A stretch of DNA of 63,950 nucleotides, the filler included, from Octopus bimaculoides (Eukaryota), in assembly GCF_001194135.2 (NCBI RefSeq). It is 6 parts of 6 records of this genome, joined end to end, with 100 filler letters (N's around TTAATTAATTAA, not from the genome) between each part and the next. Parts side by side here need not be neighbours in the genome. Positions count along the whole stretch, not along the records: positions 29,437 to 50,352 come from NC_069002.1; 5 more parts are not named here. The stretch is one strand, 5' to 3'. The notes under the pieces were generated by a model that saw only the letters and a list, made by a program, of their open reading frames with translations, was not told the origin of the DNA and did no database searches. The translations under genes and the position numbers were made by a program. Shown piece by piece: positions 36,503-47,439 of this stretch; positions within the stretch are counted from its first letter, which is position 1, and every line of letters begins with the position of its first letter.

Positions 36503-38323
36503 TTACGTACAAAAACAAAGCGGTTTCAGTTTACGTGTTTTGACGCAATGAGATTGGTTACCATATATGTTGATTCGTAAAATTTCTCCAAGCGGTTGAA
36601 AGTTTTTACCACGATATTCCCCCAAAGACTGGAAAATTCCTTCACTTGGTGACACTTTTAACGTTACAGAGTATGTACTTCTATATTTAAAAGCACGTAT
36701 TATCTTTTTCAATTTCAGTTTTGCGCATTTTTTCGCTTTTCCTTTTTCTAAAAGTTTATTCAGTGATTTCACAACAGCGTTGGCTGCTTGGGTCACGTTC
36801 ACATTTTCAACACTTACTTGCTTTCTTGCTGAGAAACACTCACAGAATTGCGCAGGTATTTCTGCTTCTTTACATGTTCTGTTACTTGGTATTGGTGACA
36901 TAAGACTGATGCTTCTGTTACTCATCATCATTCGAATTTGTTTCCCTCTGTTCAGATTTTCAGAAAGCGTGGCATAAAAATCGAAAAACGTCACAAGACG
37001 ATTTTGGTTTCTATGAACAGAATCGGCTTTTGATTTGTGTTTGATCTTGAACCATTCTGGGACAATGAAAAATAAAAAAGGTAAATTTGCTTCATGACTT
37101 CCAGCGACAGTTGTACGAAATCCACCCAAGCGGAAACCATGATCCCCGAAGAAAAACAGCAAAGTATTGTTTAGTATTTTCGATTGATGAAGCCATTGAA
37201 AAAACCCCAAAAGTTTGTCTTCCCATCTAGCCGCACCATGCAAGTGATTGTGCGTCCAACGTGTGAAAAATGTAAGGGCAAAATAAAAAGACATTTTATA
37301 CTTTTTTAAAAACTGCTTCATATAATGTTGTACATAATCCGTCTCAGGAAGAGGGCCTACACAGAACTCGTTCCGAAATTTGTTCTTCATTGCAATAGTT
37401 AAAGGTCTAAAATAATAATCAGTCGGTTGTTTTCGAAATCCACGCGCTACATAATTGAATGCTGCTATGTAGGGATGGTCCTCTGCCATGACTGTTATAG
37501 CATTTCTTGAACTATAGTTTTTCCATATAAGATCCAAGGAATCATAAACCTGGCCGGAACGCCACTTAGTCTCGCTCAGAAATTTTCCTGATAATAATGC
37601 TAGTATATTTGGGAAGGTATTTTCACCAACCCTTGTAAATCCAGGAAACGAATAAGCTTTTAGTGTTTCTAGAAGGTACTTCTTCAAACGAGGCATTTGC
37701 CTAGAGAAGCTATTGTGAGACGTTGAATCAATTCCAATAAGAAGAACACTAAGTGGAATATCTTCAGCTCTTTTACCAGACTGAGATTTCAGTTTCTTCT
37801 GCACATGTTTTTTATCAATGATACGACTGTAGAAATCTGTATATAAGACGGAATTATTAACTCCTTCACATTTTATGAAACTGAATTCAGCATCAATTTT
37901 AGTTTGGTTATGAAAGGTAGTCGGTTTTCCCAAAATAATACTATTATCGCTGTTACCTCGTGTAACATTCCACTTCTGACAGCGTTTAATTTTGTTCGAG
38001 TAATAATCTGCTTTAATTGATTGGTCCACGTACAACATTGTACCAACGACTTTTGTTAACCTTGGTGGACCAGGGCACACCACTGGAGAACGATTAATAT
38101 CAAAATCATCTTCTGGAACCTGGAACCTTAGTATCTTACAACCAATTGTATCAATGAAATATTCACCAGAAGTGTGATTAGGTTTTCTTTCGTGTTTCAT
38201 CTTAAAGACTGAATCCTTCAAATAGTTCTTAAAGATAAAATCCATTTTGAACCATACTATAGTTAACATTAATAGTCCAATCACAATAATTCGTAAAAAT
38301 AACCGAAAGATAGAATGTGTCAT
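36503..38323 (-). CDS. DUF229-family protein B, complete single-exon CDS (606 aa)
   Basis: Uninterrupted ORF; ATG at 38323 (the track start at 38347 is a TTG). N-terminal anchor, IGIDSTS, GENTFPN, EDHP, FRKQPTDYYFRP, GDHGFRLG, NQNRLVT and the Cys-rich C-terminus. Confidence 0.95.
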   Translation of the reverse strand: MTHSIFRLFLRIIVIGLLMLTIVWFKMDFIFKNYLKDSVFKMKHERKPNHTSGEYFIDTIGCKILRFQVPEDDFDINRSPVVCPGPPRLTKVVGTMLYVDQSIKADYYSNKIKRCQKWNVTRGNSDNSIILGKPTTFHNQTKIDAEFSFIKCEGVNNSVLYTDFYSRIIDKKHVQKKLKSQSGKRAEDIPLSVLLIGIDSTSHNSFSRQMPRLKKYLLETLKAYSFPGFTRVGENTFPNILALLSGKFLSETKWRSGQVYDSLDLIWKNYSSRNAITVMAEDHPYIAAFNYVARGFRKQPTDYYFRPLTIAMKNKFRNEFCVGPLPETDYVQHYMKQFLKKYKMSFYFALTFFTRWTHNHLHGAARWEDKLLGFFQWLHQSKILNNTLLFFFGDHGFRLGGFRTTVAGSHEANLPFLFFIVPEWFKIKHKSKADSVHRNQNRLVTFFDFYATLSENLNRGKQIRMMMSNRSISLMSPIPSNRTCKEAEIPAQFCECFSARKQVSVENVNVTQAANAVVKSLNKLLEKGKAKKCAKLKLKKIIRAFKYRSTYSVTLKVSPSEGIFQSLGEYRGKNFQPLGEILRINIYGNQSHCVKTRKLKPLCFCT

Positions 38324-38887
38324 TTTGTAGCAACAGAATATTAACAAAATATATAATTTTAAGCTGGAGAGTTATTTGTTAGGAGAATGTGTCGTTGAAA
38401 TTATCACATGAAATGTTTTCTGAATTATCTCGTATATTTTTTTCTTTTCATAATCGTATAAATTCCCGAGTGTAGAACACAAAATTCGCAAAGATTTTCT
38501 GAAAATTTCCCAAAATAAAAGAAGTTATACATCTAATTTTTTTGCATTTTAATCCTCTCGTCAAGGTCATGATTCAATACTTGTTTAAATATATGTACTC
38601 GATAAATAATGTGTACGTGTTTGATTATATGTATATGTAAGCATCAAAACATACATACATATGGATATAATTATTACAAATTAAAAGGGTAAAGGATTAT
38701 CAATTTATTAATTAATAAATCAATTAATAATTAATAATTTTTACCAAGCCCATCGGTATGAAAGCACCATTATTGGTGGAGAACTTATTCAAAAGCTCAT
38801 ATATTTATAAATATATGTGGTATATTTCGTTTTGGGATTTGGTTTGTAAGATTCTTTATGTGAGTTCGTGTGTTGAAGCATATTCTG

Positions 38888-39138
38888 TTGTGTCTGGGGA
38901 GAGTCATTCTCTTTTGGTGCCTTATAATTTAACACACTCATCGGTAAAATTTCCACTTATTTCTTTTTTTATTTTTCTAAAATTTTCGTTGCGTTTTGCA
39001 AGCTTTTCGACTATTGAAAAAGGTTGCAAGACGCAACGAAAATTTTCGGAAAATAAAAATAAGGAATAAGTGGAAATTTTACCGGTGAGTGTGTTAAATT
39101 ATAAGGCACCAAAAGAGAATGACTCTCCCCAGACACAA
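38888..39138. repeat. near-perfect ~250-bp palindrome (~113-bp arms)
   Basis: ttgtgtctggggagagtcattctc...gcgttttgcaa is the reverse complement of ttgcaagacgc...gactctccccagacacaa, with only a few mismatches. Confidence 0.95.
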
Positions 39139-39640
39139 AAGTATGTATTTATGTATATCTGCATGTATGTACAAAATAAAGAATGGGACTGCTGAAATAC
39201 GGGCTATGAGCCAATAGTATATATTTCAGTAAGCTTGTGGTGCCATTTTTAACTATTTTGCTCTCGTGCCATTTTTACGTAAATTCATGAACATATTAAG
39301 CTGACAGACCTCTCAGTATCCTGGGGTGCATGGGAAGAGTCATTTAACGAAAAGGGGTCCTTGGTAGTGATGAGAGAACTCTCTCTACAATTATCCAAGG
39401 TGCAAACGAATAACAACGTCGCCATGTGGCAGGTTTAATAACTGTTGAGAGTTCGCTGTACATGAAACCAATCGTAGTCTTGTCAACCCACAAATAAAGA
39501 TTATGTATCCACCAATGCGTTGTTGAGTACTCATTTTTGCTGTTCAATATTAACATTTACTCACACACACATATATATATGAATATGTGTGTATATATAT
39601 ACACATATATATGTATAAACTGAAAGATGCTAGTCGTATG

Positions 39641-39682
<42 letters not shown>

Positions 39683-39871
39683 TTATACTCACACAGGTGA
39701 GCACAAGTACAAAACAAGGTGGGGAAAATGGTTCTCGAATATCAAAGATAGAGTAATATGCTTTATTAAAGCTGCAAAAACTGTTGAAGTTTCACTCTCC
39801 AGTTCGTTGGACAGCTGTGATGAAAACTGAATTAAAATTGATATAATATATATATATATATACATAAACAT

Positions 39872-40035
39872 AGGACTAGCGTCTTTCAGTTTCCGTCTAC
39901 CATATCAACCTGCAAGGTTTTGGTTGGCTCAGAGCTGGCTATCGTAATGTTTGGGCCCTTGTCCGAGGCGCCGATTAGTGGGACTGAACCCAAGAGCACA
40001 TAAATTGGAAAGCAAGCTTCATAACTACACAGCCC
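39872..40035 (-). mobile_element. SINE family A, old 5' half
   Basis: tctttcagtttccgtctacc...gtgggactgaacc...acacagccc. Confidence 0.75.
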
Positions 40036-40221
40036 ACAATTCATAGAAAACAATAAGCTCTTTGAAGTTGAACTCAGAACTACATGCTAAAAAAACTTAG
40101 CTATTTTGTTACCAATCCGGCTCTGGCTCTGAGTACAAATGTCTTGTTTTCATTAGTTTTGAAATAAAATATTCCACCAAAACCTTAGCCACAATTTATG
40201 TTCCTAATACTTATTGTTGTT

Positions 40222-40435
40222 GAAGGGTGCTGCAAAGTTCCTGGCCCTGGGTAAAGGAAATACAGGAGGATCAGTTAATTATGATTTTATTTGACATAAT
40301 CTCCTTTCAGATTCACATATTTATTACAGCAGTCCTACAGTTTTTCTAAGCCCTGTAAAAGAATTTGGAAGGTTAGGACTCCAACGAAAGCCTTTTGCGA
40401 TATCCTTAAAGCCAGGAACTTTTCAGCAGCCCTCC
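40222..40435. mobile_element. mariner-type MITE
   Basis: TIRs gaagggtgctgcaaagttcctggc / gccaggaacttttcagcagccctcc. Confidence 0.7.
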
Positions 40436-40634
40436 ATATATATCTCTACCTTTCTTCCCTCTCTACACCCCCTGTGCTGCTATCCGTTCCCGTCCTTTGC
40501 CCATCTACCACTCTTCTCCCTCCTACTACTGACACGTGACCCGTAGCCATCTGATATTCTCTCTCTTTTCCATTTCATGCCGACCGTCGAAGCGACTGGT
40601 CGTATTTTCTCTCTCTGCTTCTAATCCTTTAGGG

Positions 40635-40857
40635 CAGTGGTTTCCAAAGTGGGCAGTATTGCCCCTCTGGGGGCTGTGGAATGCTCCATTGAAGAAAAGT
40701 GGGGCGATGAAAATAATGGGTTCACTAGGTTAAATTTTGTTTGTGAAATACAGTTGCTTTGAATTTGCTTCAGAAAGAGGTCTGTGTGATGGGGGCGCTA
40801 GGAATGTGGCCTGGGTGTCGGAGGGGGTGACAGCCCGAAAAAGTTTGGAAACCACTG
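40635..40857. mobile_element. hAT (Charlie-like) MITE, 223 bp
   Basis: TIRs cagtggtttccaaa / tttggaaaccactg; 8-bp TSD ctttaggg / ctttagga. Confidence 0.9.
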
Positions 40858-40956
40858 CTTTAGGATATTCCACATAGCATTAACCATATTTTCGTCTCCT
40901 GCCTGGCCCTAAGGTCGCATTTTGCTGATTAAATTCAGTTTATTCATATGTTCAGT

Positions 40957-41326
40957 GGAGGCGCAATGGCCCAGTGGTTAGGGCAGCGGACTCGCGGTTT
41001 CGATTCCCAGACCGGGCGTTGTGAATGTTTATTGAGCGAAAACACCTAAAAGCTCAACGAGGCTCCGGCAGGGGATGGTAGCGAACCCTGCTATACTCTT
41101 TCACCACAACTTTCTCTCACTCTTACTTCCTGTTTCTGTTGTGCCTGTATTTCAAAGGGCCAGCCTTGTCACACTGTGTCACGCTGAATATCCCCGAGAA
41201 CTACGTTAAGGGTACACGTGTCTGTGGAGTGCTCAGCTACTTGCACGTTACTTTCACGAGCAGGCTGTTCCGTTGATCGGATCAACTGGAACCCTCGACG
41301 TCGTAAGTGACGGAGTGCCAACAACA
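40957..41326 (+). mobile_element. SINE family C, full length
   Basis: ggaggcgcaatggcccagtggttaggg head through ggaaccctcgacgtcgtaagtgacggagtgcc(aac)n tail; homologous to 46174 and 48096. Confidence 0.9.
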
Positions 41327-41789
41327 ATTCGTATGTCCACATTTCGTCTTTGCCTCTGGTCCGTCCATTTATGATCTCGTCTTGAATCGCATTTATATAT
41401 TCACTTTCTTTATTGCATATTTATTTCTTTTGTTCACTTTCTATCATGTTCGGTCCCTTGTTCATTGACTCGCCATTTCCCGGCGGCTTCTTGCAGCCAG
41501 CGCCAGCAGAAGGGGTAATACTATCGTTGAAGGCGTGAAACTGCGTTTGACCCTCTTCCCCTGGCCGACAGCTGATGAGGATTTGGTGGTCTTCTGTGTC
41601 TGTTTTCCGTTTGTGCATTTATGCTTAACACTTCCTCTGAGTATCACCCCCATCTACATCTCCCTTTTCAATCTTGTGAACTCACCCATCCACTTGTCTT
41701 CTCCAATCCCCAGTCCACTACCCCCTCCCCCACCTGAAGCAGCCATATTTTCCTTCTAATGCAATACTCCTTTTTCTGATCCAGACTAC

Positions 41790-42627
41790 TACTCCCTCCC
41801 ACCCCTCAGCTAAAGGGCCTCGTCTTGTAAGTTGTTTGGTGATCCTACTGCTGCTGGGGCCACATAAAAAGCACTCAGTCCATTCTGTAAAGTGATTGGT
41901 ATTAGAAAGGGTAACCAGCCATACCAAAATAGACTCCACCAGCGTTTGTGCTATGTATAAAGCACCCAGTCCACTCTGTAAAGTGGTTGGCATTAGGAAA
42001 GGCCCCCAGCCATAGAAACCATACCAAAGCAGACAGCAGGGATCGATGCAGTCTTCTGACTTGCCAGTTCGTGTTGAACCTTCCAACCCATACCAACATG
42101 GAAAACAGACATTAAATGATGATGACCTTCCCTCCACACACATACAGTTTCTATCTATCAAATCCACTCACAAGGCTTTGGTCAGCTTGAAGCTATAATG
42201 GTAGAAGGCAGTAGAACAAAGTGTAGCATATTGGGACTGAACCCAATATCACATGGATTGCAACATGAGCTTCTTAACCACACAGCCAGGCCTACATCTA
42301 GCTTATAATAATTGTAAAGTGGTAAGAAAGGGCATCACTGAGAAAAAGACAAGGGACTGAGAGCTGTGGTGATTTGCTGTACTTCAGAGGACATGTCAAG
42401 CTGAGTAACACTCTTGTTATCCATACGTTGCCAGTACCGCCTGACTGGCCTTCATGCTGGTGACACGTAAAAGCACCCACTACACTCTCGGAGTGGTTGG
42501 CGTTAGGAAGGGCATCCAGCTGTAGAAACTCTGCCAAATCAGATTGGAGCCTGGTGTAGACATCTGGTTTCACCAGTCCTCAGTCAAATCGTCCAACCCA
42601 TGCTAGCATGGAAAGCTGACGTTAAAC

Positions 42628-42668
<41 letters not shown>

Positions 42669-42900
42669 CGACAGGCTTGTCCTTTAGAGGTGCCGATGAT
42701 GCATAAATTCACCTGTGCCAGTGGCATGTAAAAAGCACCTGCTGTGCTCTGTAAATTTGGTGGTGTTAGGCAGAGCATCCAGCCATAGAAACCATGTTAC
42801 AACAGACAATTGGAGTCTGGACAGCTCCTGTCAAACCATTCAACCCATGCCAGCATAGAAAATGGATCTTAAACTGATGATGATGATGATGTTGATGAAC
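41790..42900 (+). mobile_element. cluster of SINE family D (V-like) copies with an intervening family A fragment (42140-42295, minus)
   Basis: Repeated aaaagcacc..gtggttggc(g/a)ttaggaagggcatccagc cores, each ending ccaacccatgc..gcatggaaa..(gat)n. Confidence 0.85.
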
Positions 42901-43450
42901 AGAAAGAAAAAATAAGCCAGCAGTGGCTCCCAGAAGGGCTTCAATGAAGACTAAAACCCCCCCCCCAAAAAAAAACTAACATATTTTGAAGCAATGCAAC
43001 AAGCAACAGGTGAGAGCTAAAGGAATGTAGAGGCTAAAAAAAGAAACAAACGAAGGACACAATACAGGTGTTTCTGTAAATTCCATATTCTGAGTTCTAA
43101 TTCCAAGACAGACTGAGCATTTTAGACAGAGGTAGAGTCAAGATACATTGGATACAATAGTAGTATTGGTAGTAGTAGTAGTAGCAGGAGTTCAGTGGTC
43201 AGTTTGTTGGTCCTCAACACCTTTGTGTTCAGCAAGTATTTCATTTTTTTTTTGTTTCTGTTGTACAAGTAGTAGTATTAGTTTCATATAGTTGTTGTTG
43301 TCTGTTTGTGGTAATGACGGTGATATAAATGGATGTAGCTATGGAGTTTCTTCTGACAATCTTTTAGATGATATACACACATATATATATATATGTATGT
43401 ATACATACACATATGTATACATATACATATATATATATACATACACATAT

Positions 43451-43814
43451 ACTTTTGTTTCAGTCATTTGACTGTGGCCATGCTGGAGCACTGCCTTTAG
43501 TCGAACAAATCAACCCCAGGACTGATTCTTTGTAAGCCTAGTATTTATCGGTCTCTTCTGCCAACCACTAAGTTACATGGACGTAAACACATCAACATCA
43601 GTTGTCAAGCGATGGTGGGGGGACAAACACAGACAGACACACACACGTCATGCATATATATATATACATGACACACACATATATACCTACATATGATAGG
43701 CTTCTTTCAGTTTCCATCTACCAAATCCACTTGCCCAAGGTGCCACACAGAAGGGACTGAACCCAGGACCATGTGATTGGTAAGCAAGCTGCTTACCACA
43801 CAGCCACTCCTGTG

Positions 43815-43816
<2 letters not shown>
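43451..43816 (-). mobile_element. SINE family A, near full length
   Basis: Tail, internal microsatellite and head all present; part of the core is deleted. Confidence 0.9.
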
Positions 43817-43851
<35 letters not shown>

Positions 43852-43962
43852 TTCAACATGTAGAAAAGTACTCAATTAGCTAAGAGAGTACAGGAACTTA
43901 AAATAAAAAAAACCACAAAGCTTGTTTATCTTTTTGTCTTTTTAGAAGCATCTCTCGTTTAA

Positions 43963-44183
43963 CCTTCCTCATTACCATATTTCTGTCAACATATGCTACC
44001 TTTGTTTCAATTAATTTTTAAAATAACGAAGTATTTAGTAAATTGACTTTCTCATTATTAAACTGGAGTCGAGAATAAATTGTCATGAAATTTTGACGGA
44101 AAATTATAATTTAGACCACTTTAACACAGTAAGCTTATGTCATCGAACCTGGGGTGGTCTCAGGCAGGTTGGTATCAAAAGGG
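43963..44183. mobile_element. piggyBac-type MITE
   Basis: TTAA at 43959-43962 and 44184-44187 flanking cctt...aaggg termini. Confidence 0.65.
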
Positions 44184-44610
44184 TTAAACATTATCTGCTC
44201 AAAGAACAGCTGACAAACAGTCTTGTTTTCAGCCTTCATAAATGGCAGAATAAATTATTCCAACCAAGGAACTTTTGGTAGCTGTAATTACAAGATTTGT
44301 GATTTTTTATTTATTTCAAGATTTTATATATATATATATATATATAGCGAGAGAGAGAGGTATGTGTCTGTGTGTTTACAGTTCTGCTATAAGCAGAATC
44401 AACAAAAAAAAAAATACTCCATCCAGTGAGAGATAAATATCATTTAGTCTACACAATTTACAAAAGAGCTACCAGTAGTTTTATGCTACATAAATCTGCC
44501 AAATCATTGTTGTGTCTCGAATGCATGAACCAACAAGTTATTCTTTTGTAAACTGTATAAAAAAATCATATATATATAAATATAATGTATGTATGTGAAA
44601 CACACACATA

Positions 44611-44649
<39 letters not shown>

Positions 44650-44784
44650 TACATGTACCCATAATTCGTCATTATCATCATTCAACATGTATTCATACAT
44701 AAGGTGTATGTCTCTCTCTCTAGCTATAGACACACACACACATATATGCATACCTGTATGTGTGCGTAGGTGTATGTATATCTA

Positions 44785-44888
44785 CCATCATCATCATCGT
44801 TTAACGTCTGCTTTCCATGCTAGCATGGGTTGGATGATTTGACTGAGGTTGGCGAACCAGATGGCTACACTAGGCTCCAATCTGATGG
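44785..44888 (-). mobile_element. SINE family D 3' end
   Basis: (cat)n-cgtttaacgtctgctttccatgctagcatgggttggatg. Confidence 0.8.
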
Positions 44889-45167
44889 TATATATATATA
44901 AAACAGTAGACAAGCATATGTATATATCCACACACACACACACACATGTATGAGACACAGTATACATATGGATGGGTATATGTGTGTGTGTGTTCCCGTA
45001 TGTATGTATGTGTTATAATAGAACGAGAAAGGGAAGGCAAACTTTTGCCTACAATCCTCTTCATGTCCTCGTACACAGGGGAGATTAGGATCAGCATGTT
45101 GTAGAAGCCTGATAAATCTTATATTCAGTCCCACCATGCATGCTGTTGAATGAATGTGCATGTGTAT

Positions 45168-45202
<35 letters not shown>

Positions 45203-45388
45203 CAAGCTTAGGATGTGTCACTGTTTGTTGCTTTGTAAGTAGTCTCATTAAATAATTTATACATCTTTCTTTTCTTTATTATCATTATTTCTTTATTTTA
45301 TCAATCCATCGGTTGGTTGTTTGGTTACTCTCTCTCACTCTCTCACTCAATCTCTCTCTCTCTCTGTTTCTCTCCTAACGAGTTTAAT

Positions 45389-45549
45389 TTAGTGTGTTTT
45401 ACTAACACGTTTCCATTCACCGGTGACATAGTTCATTTGGAAGAAAGTCTCCACGGTAACCTTCTTTGTTCCTTCTGGTTGTGCTCGAATCTCCTCGTTT
45501 TCACTGAGGCGTATACTAATGATGTCTCCTTGCTCAGGACACGGGTTAA
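45389..45549 (-). CDS. NELFA: NELF-A terminal coding exon
   Basis: Acceptor ttgtgtcatttgcAG|TT, phase 1; encodes (V)NPCPEQGDIISIRLSENEEIRAQPEGTKKVTVETFFQMNYVTGEWKRVSKTH*, matching the NELF-A C-terminus (cf. human ENPCQEQGDVIQIKLSE...VDTVFEMNYATGQW, from memory). Confidence 0.92.
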
Positions 45550-45647
45550 CTGCAAATGACACAACACAAAGCAGCATTAAATTAAATTACAATAAATCAA
45601 ATTGAATCGTTAAGTTCATGTTTAGTATTGGCTGAGTTCACCTAACC

Positions 45648-45715
45648 CAGTGGTTCTCAACCAGGGTCCATACGGCCCTCTGGTGGGTCTATATAAGATT
45701 TTATTGTGAAAATTT
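45648..45715 (+). mobile_element. hAT MITE terminal fragment
   Basis: cagtggttctcaaccagggtccata; same family as 53492-53836. Confidence 0.6.
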
Positions 45716-45727
45716 TATGTGCATCAA

Positions 45728-46138
45728 CTCTTTACTTGTTTCAGCCATTTGACTGCGGCCATGCTGGAGCACCGCCTTTAGTCGACGCAAATCGACCCCA
45801 GGATTTATTCTTTGTAAGCCTAGTACTTATTCTATCGGTCCCTTTTGCCGAACTGCTAAGTTACGGGGACGTAAACACAAGCAGTATCGGTTGTCAAGCG
45901 ATGTTGGGGGGACAAACACAGACACACACATACATATATATACACACACACACACACGCATATATATATCTATACGACAGGCTTCTTTTCAATTTCCGTC
46001 TACCAAATCCACTCACAATGCTTTGGTCGGCCTGAGGCTATAGTAGAAGACACTTGCCCAAGGTGCCACAGAGTGGGACTGAACCTGGAACATCGTCCAA
46101 CCCATGGAAAGCAGACGTTAAACGATGATGATGATGTA
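45728..46138 (-). mobile_element. SINE family A copy (minus) fused at its truncated head to a family D tail (plus, 46093-46138)
   Basis: Direct similarity to the other copies in the window. Confidence 0.85.
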
Positions 46139-46173
46139 TGTGTATATATATCTATATAAATATATTATATAGT

Positions 46174-46500
46174 GAAGGAGTGTAGCTTAGTGGTTAGGGA
46201 ATTCGGCTCATGATCATAAGGTCGTGAGTTCAATCACCAGCGGTGAATTTTTTCCTTGAGCAAGACACTTTATTTCACACTGCTCCAGTCCACTCAGCTG
46301 GGAAAAATGAGTAGTACCTGTATTTCAAAGGGCCAGCTTTGTCACATTCTGTGTCACGCAGAATCTTCCTGAGACCTATGTTAAGGGTATGTGTGTCTGT
46401 GGAGTACTCAGCCACTTGCATGTTAATTTCATGAGCAGGCTGTTCCGTTGATCAGATCAACTGGGACCCTCATTGTCGTAAGAGATGGAGTGCCAGCGAA
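46174..46500 (+). mobile_element. SINE family C
   Basis: tRNA-like head, CORE-like segment, and tail shared with 40957. Confidence 0.85.
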
Positions 46501-46634
46501 CAAAAATGTTAAATATACACATAGGTATGCATAATGATGACGATGATGATGATGATGATGATGATGAAGGAGGACATTAATGATGCCAATGTGATTTTGA
46601 CAATTAATGGAAGATGCGATAATAATATACAGAC

Positions 46635-46734
46635 CTCGCGATCCTGCCATAAACGCTAGGATCAATGCCTTCTCTGGTCGAGTCACTTTATTGGATGTGC
46701 TGAACATTTCCTTGGCTTCAGAAACATGTTCTTT
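46635..46734 (-). CDS. NELFA: NELF-A penultimate coding exon
   Basis: ttgtcttttgcAG|AAA...CGA G|GTctgt; 100 nt, phase 0 to 1; KEHVSEAKEMFSTSNKVTRPEKALILAFMAGSR, the hallmark NELF-A motif; splices in frame to 45549. Confidence 0.95.
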
Positions 46735-46858
46735 CTGCAAAAGACAACCAATTTGGAATCGTAAAAATGGTAACATTAAGAAACAACAATAACAAGACAC
46801 AGATACACACACTTAGGTATCTCACCAAATAACGAGAGCAACACACACACACACAAAA

Positions 46859-47055
46859 GGTGGCGAGCTGGCAGAAACGTTAGCACGCCGGGCGAAATGC
46901 TGAACGGTATTTCGTCTGCCGCTACGTTCTGAGTTCAAATTCCGCCGAGGTCGACTTTGCCTTTCATCCTTTCGGGGTCGATTAAATAAGTACCAGTTAC
47001 GCACTGGGGTCGATATAATCCCCTGTGTGTAGCCCTTTGTGGGTAGTAAAGAAAT
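46859..47055 (+). mobile_element. SINE family B (Meta-like), young copy with 17-bp TSD
   Basis: Near-consensus; aacacacacacacacaa at 46840-46856 and 47056-47072. Confidence 0.9.
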
Positions 47056-47135
47056 AACACACACACACACAAGGTGATCTAGAAGTATCATTGGCACATC
47101 AGACAAAATGCTTGGCTACATTTCGTCTGGCTCTT

Positions 47136-47412
47136 TATTCTACCGGTCACTTTTGCCAAACTGCTAAGTTACATGGACATAAACATACCAACATTGGTTG
47201 TCAAGTGATATTGGGGGGGAACAAAGAAAGATAAATATATACATATACATATGATGGTCTTTAGGTTTCCACCTACTAAATCCACTCACAAGGCTTTGGT
47301 TGGCCCGAGGCTATAGTAGAAGACTCTAGCCCAAGGTGCCACAGAGTGGGACTGAACCTGGAACCATGTGGTAGGGAAGCAAGCTTCTTACCACACAGCC
47401 ATGCCTGCACCC
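47136..47412 (-). mobile_element. SINE family A
   Basis: Core and head on the minus strand. Confidence 0.85.
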
Positions 47413-47439
47413 ATATTCACATTTATCCAAATTAATCAT

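Noticed and set aside
41421-41640. GC-richer unique stretch with CTGATGAGG at ~41573 and a 65-aa ORF
   Set aside because: No GAAA closing a stem II, no convincing splice sites and no recognisable domain.
45421-45421. Apparent GTGAAT donor that would make the NELFA 45549 exon a 129-nt internal exon
   Set aside because: Reading through gives TGEWKR, which matches the conserved NELF-A terminus, so this is the last coding exon.
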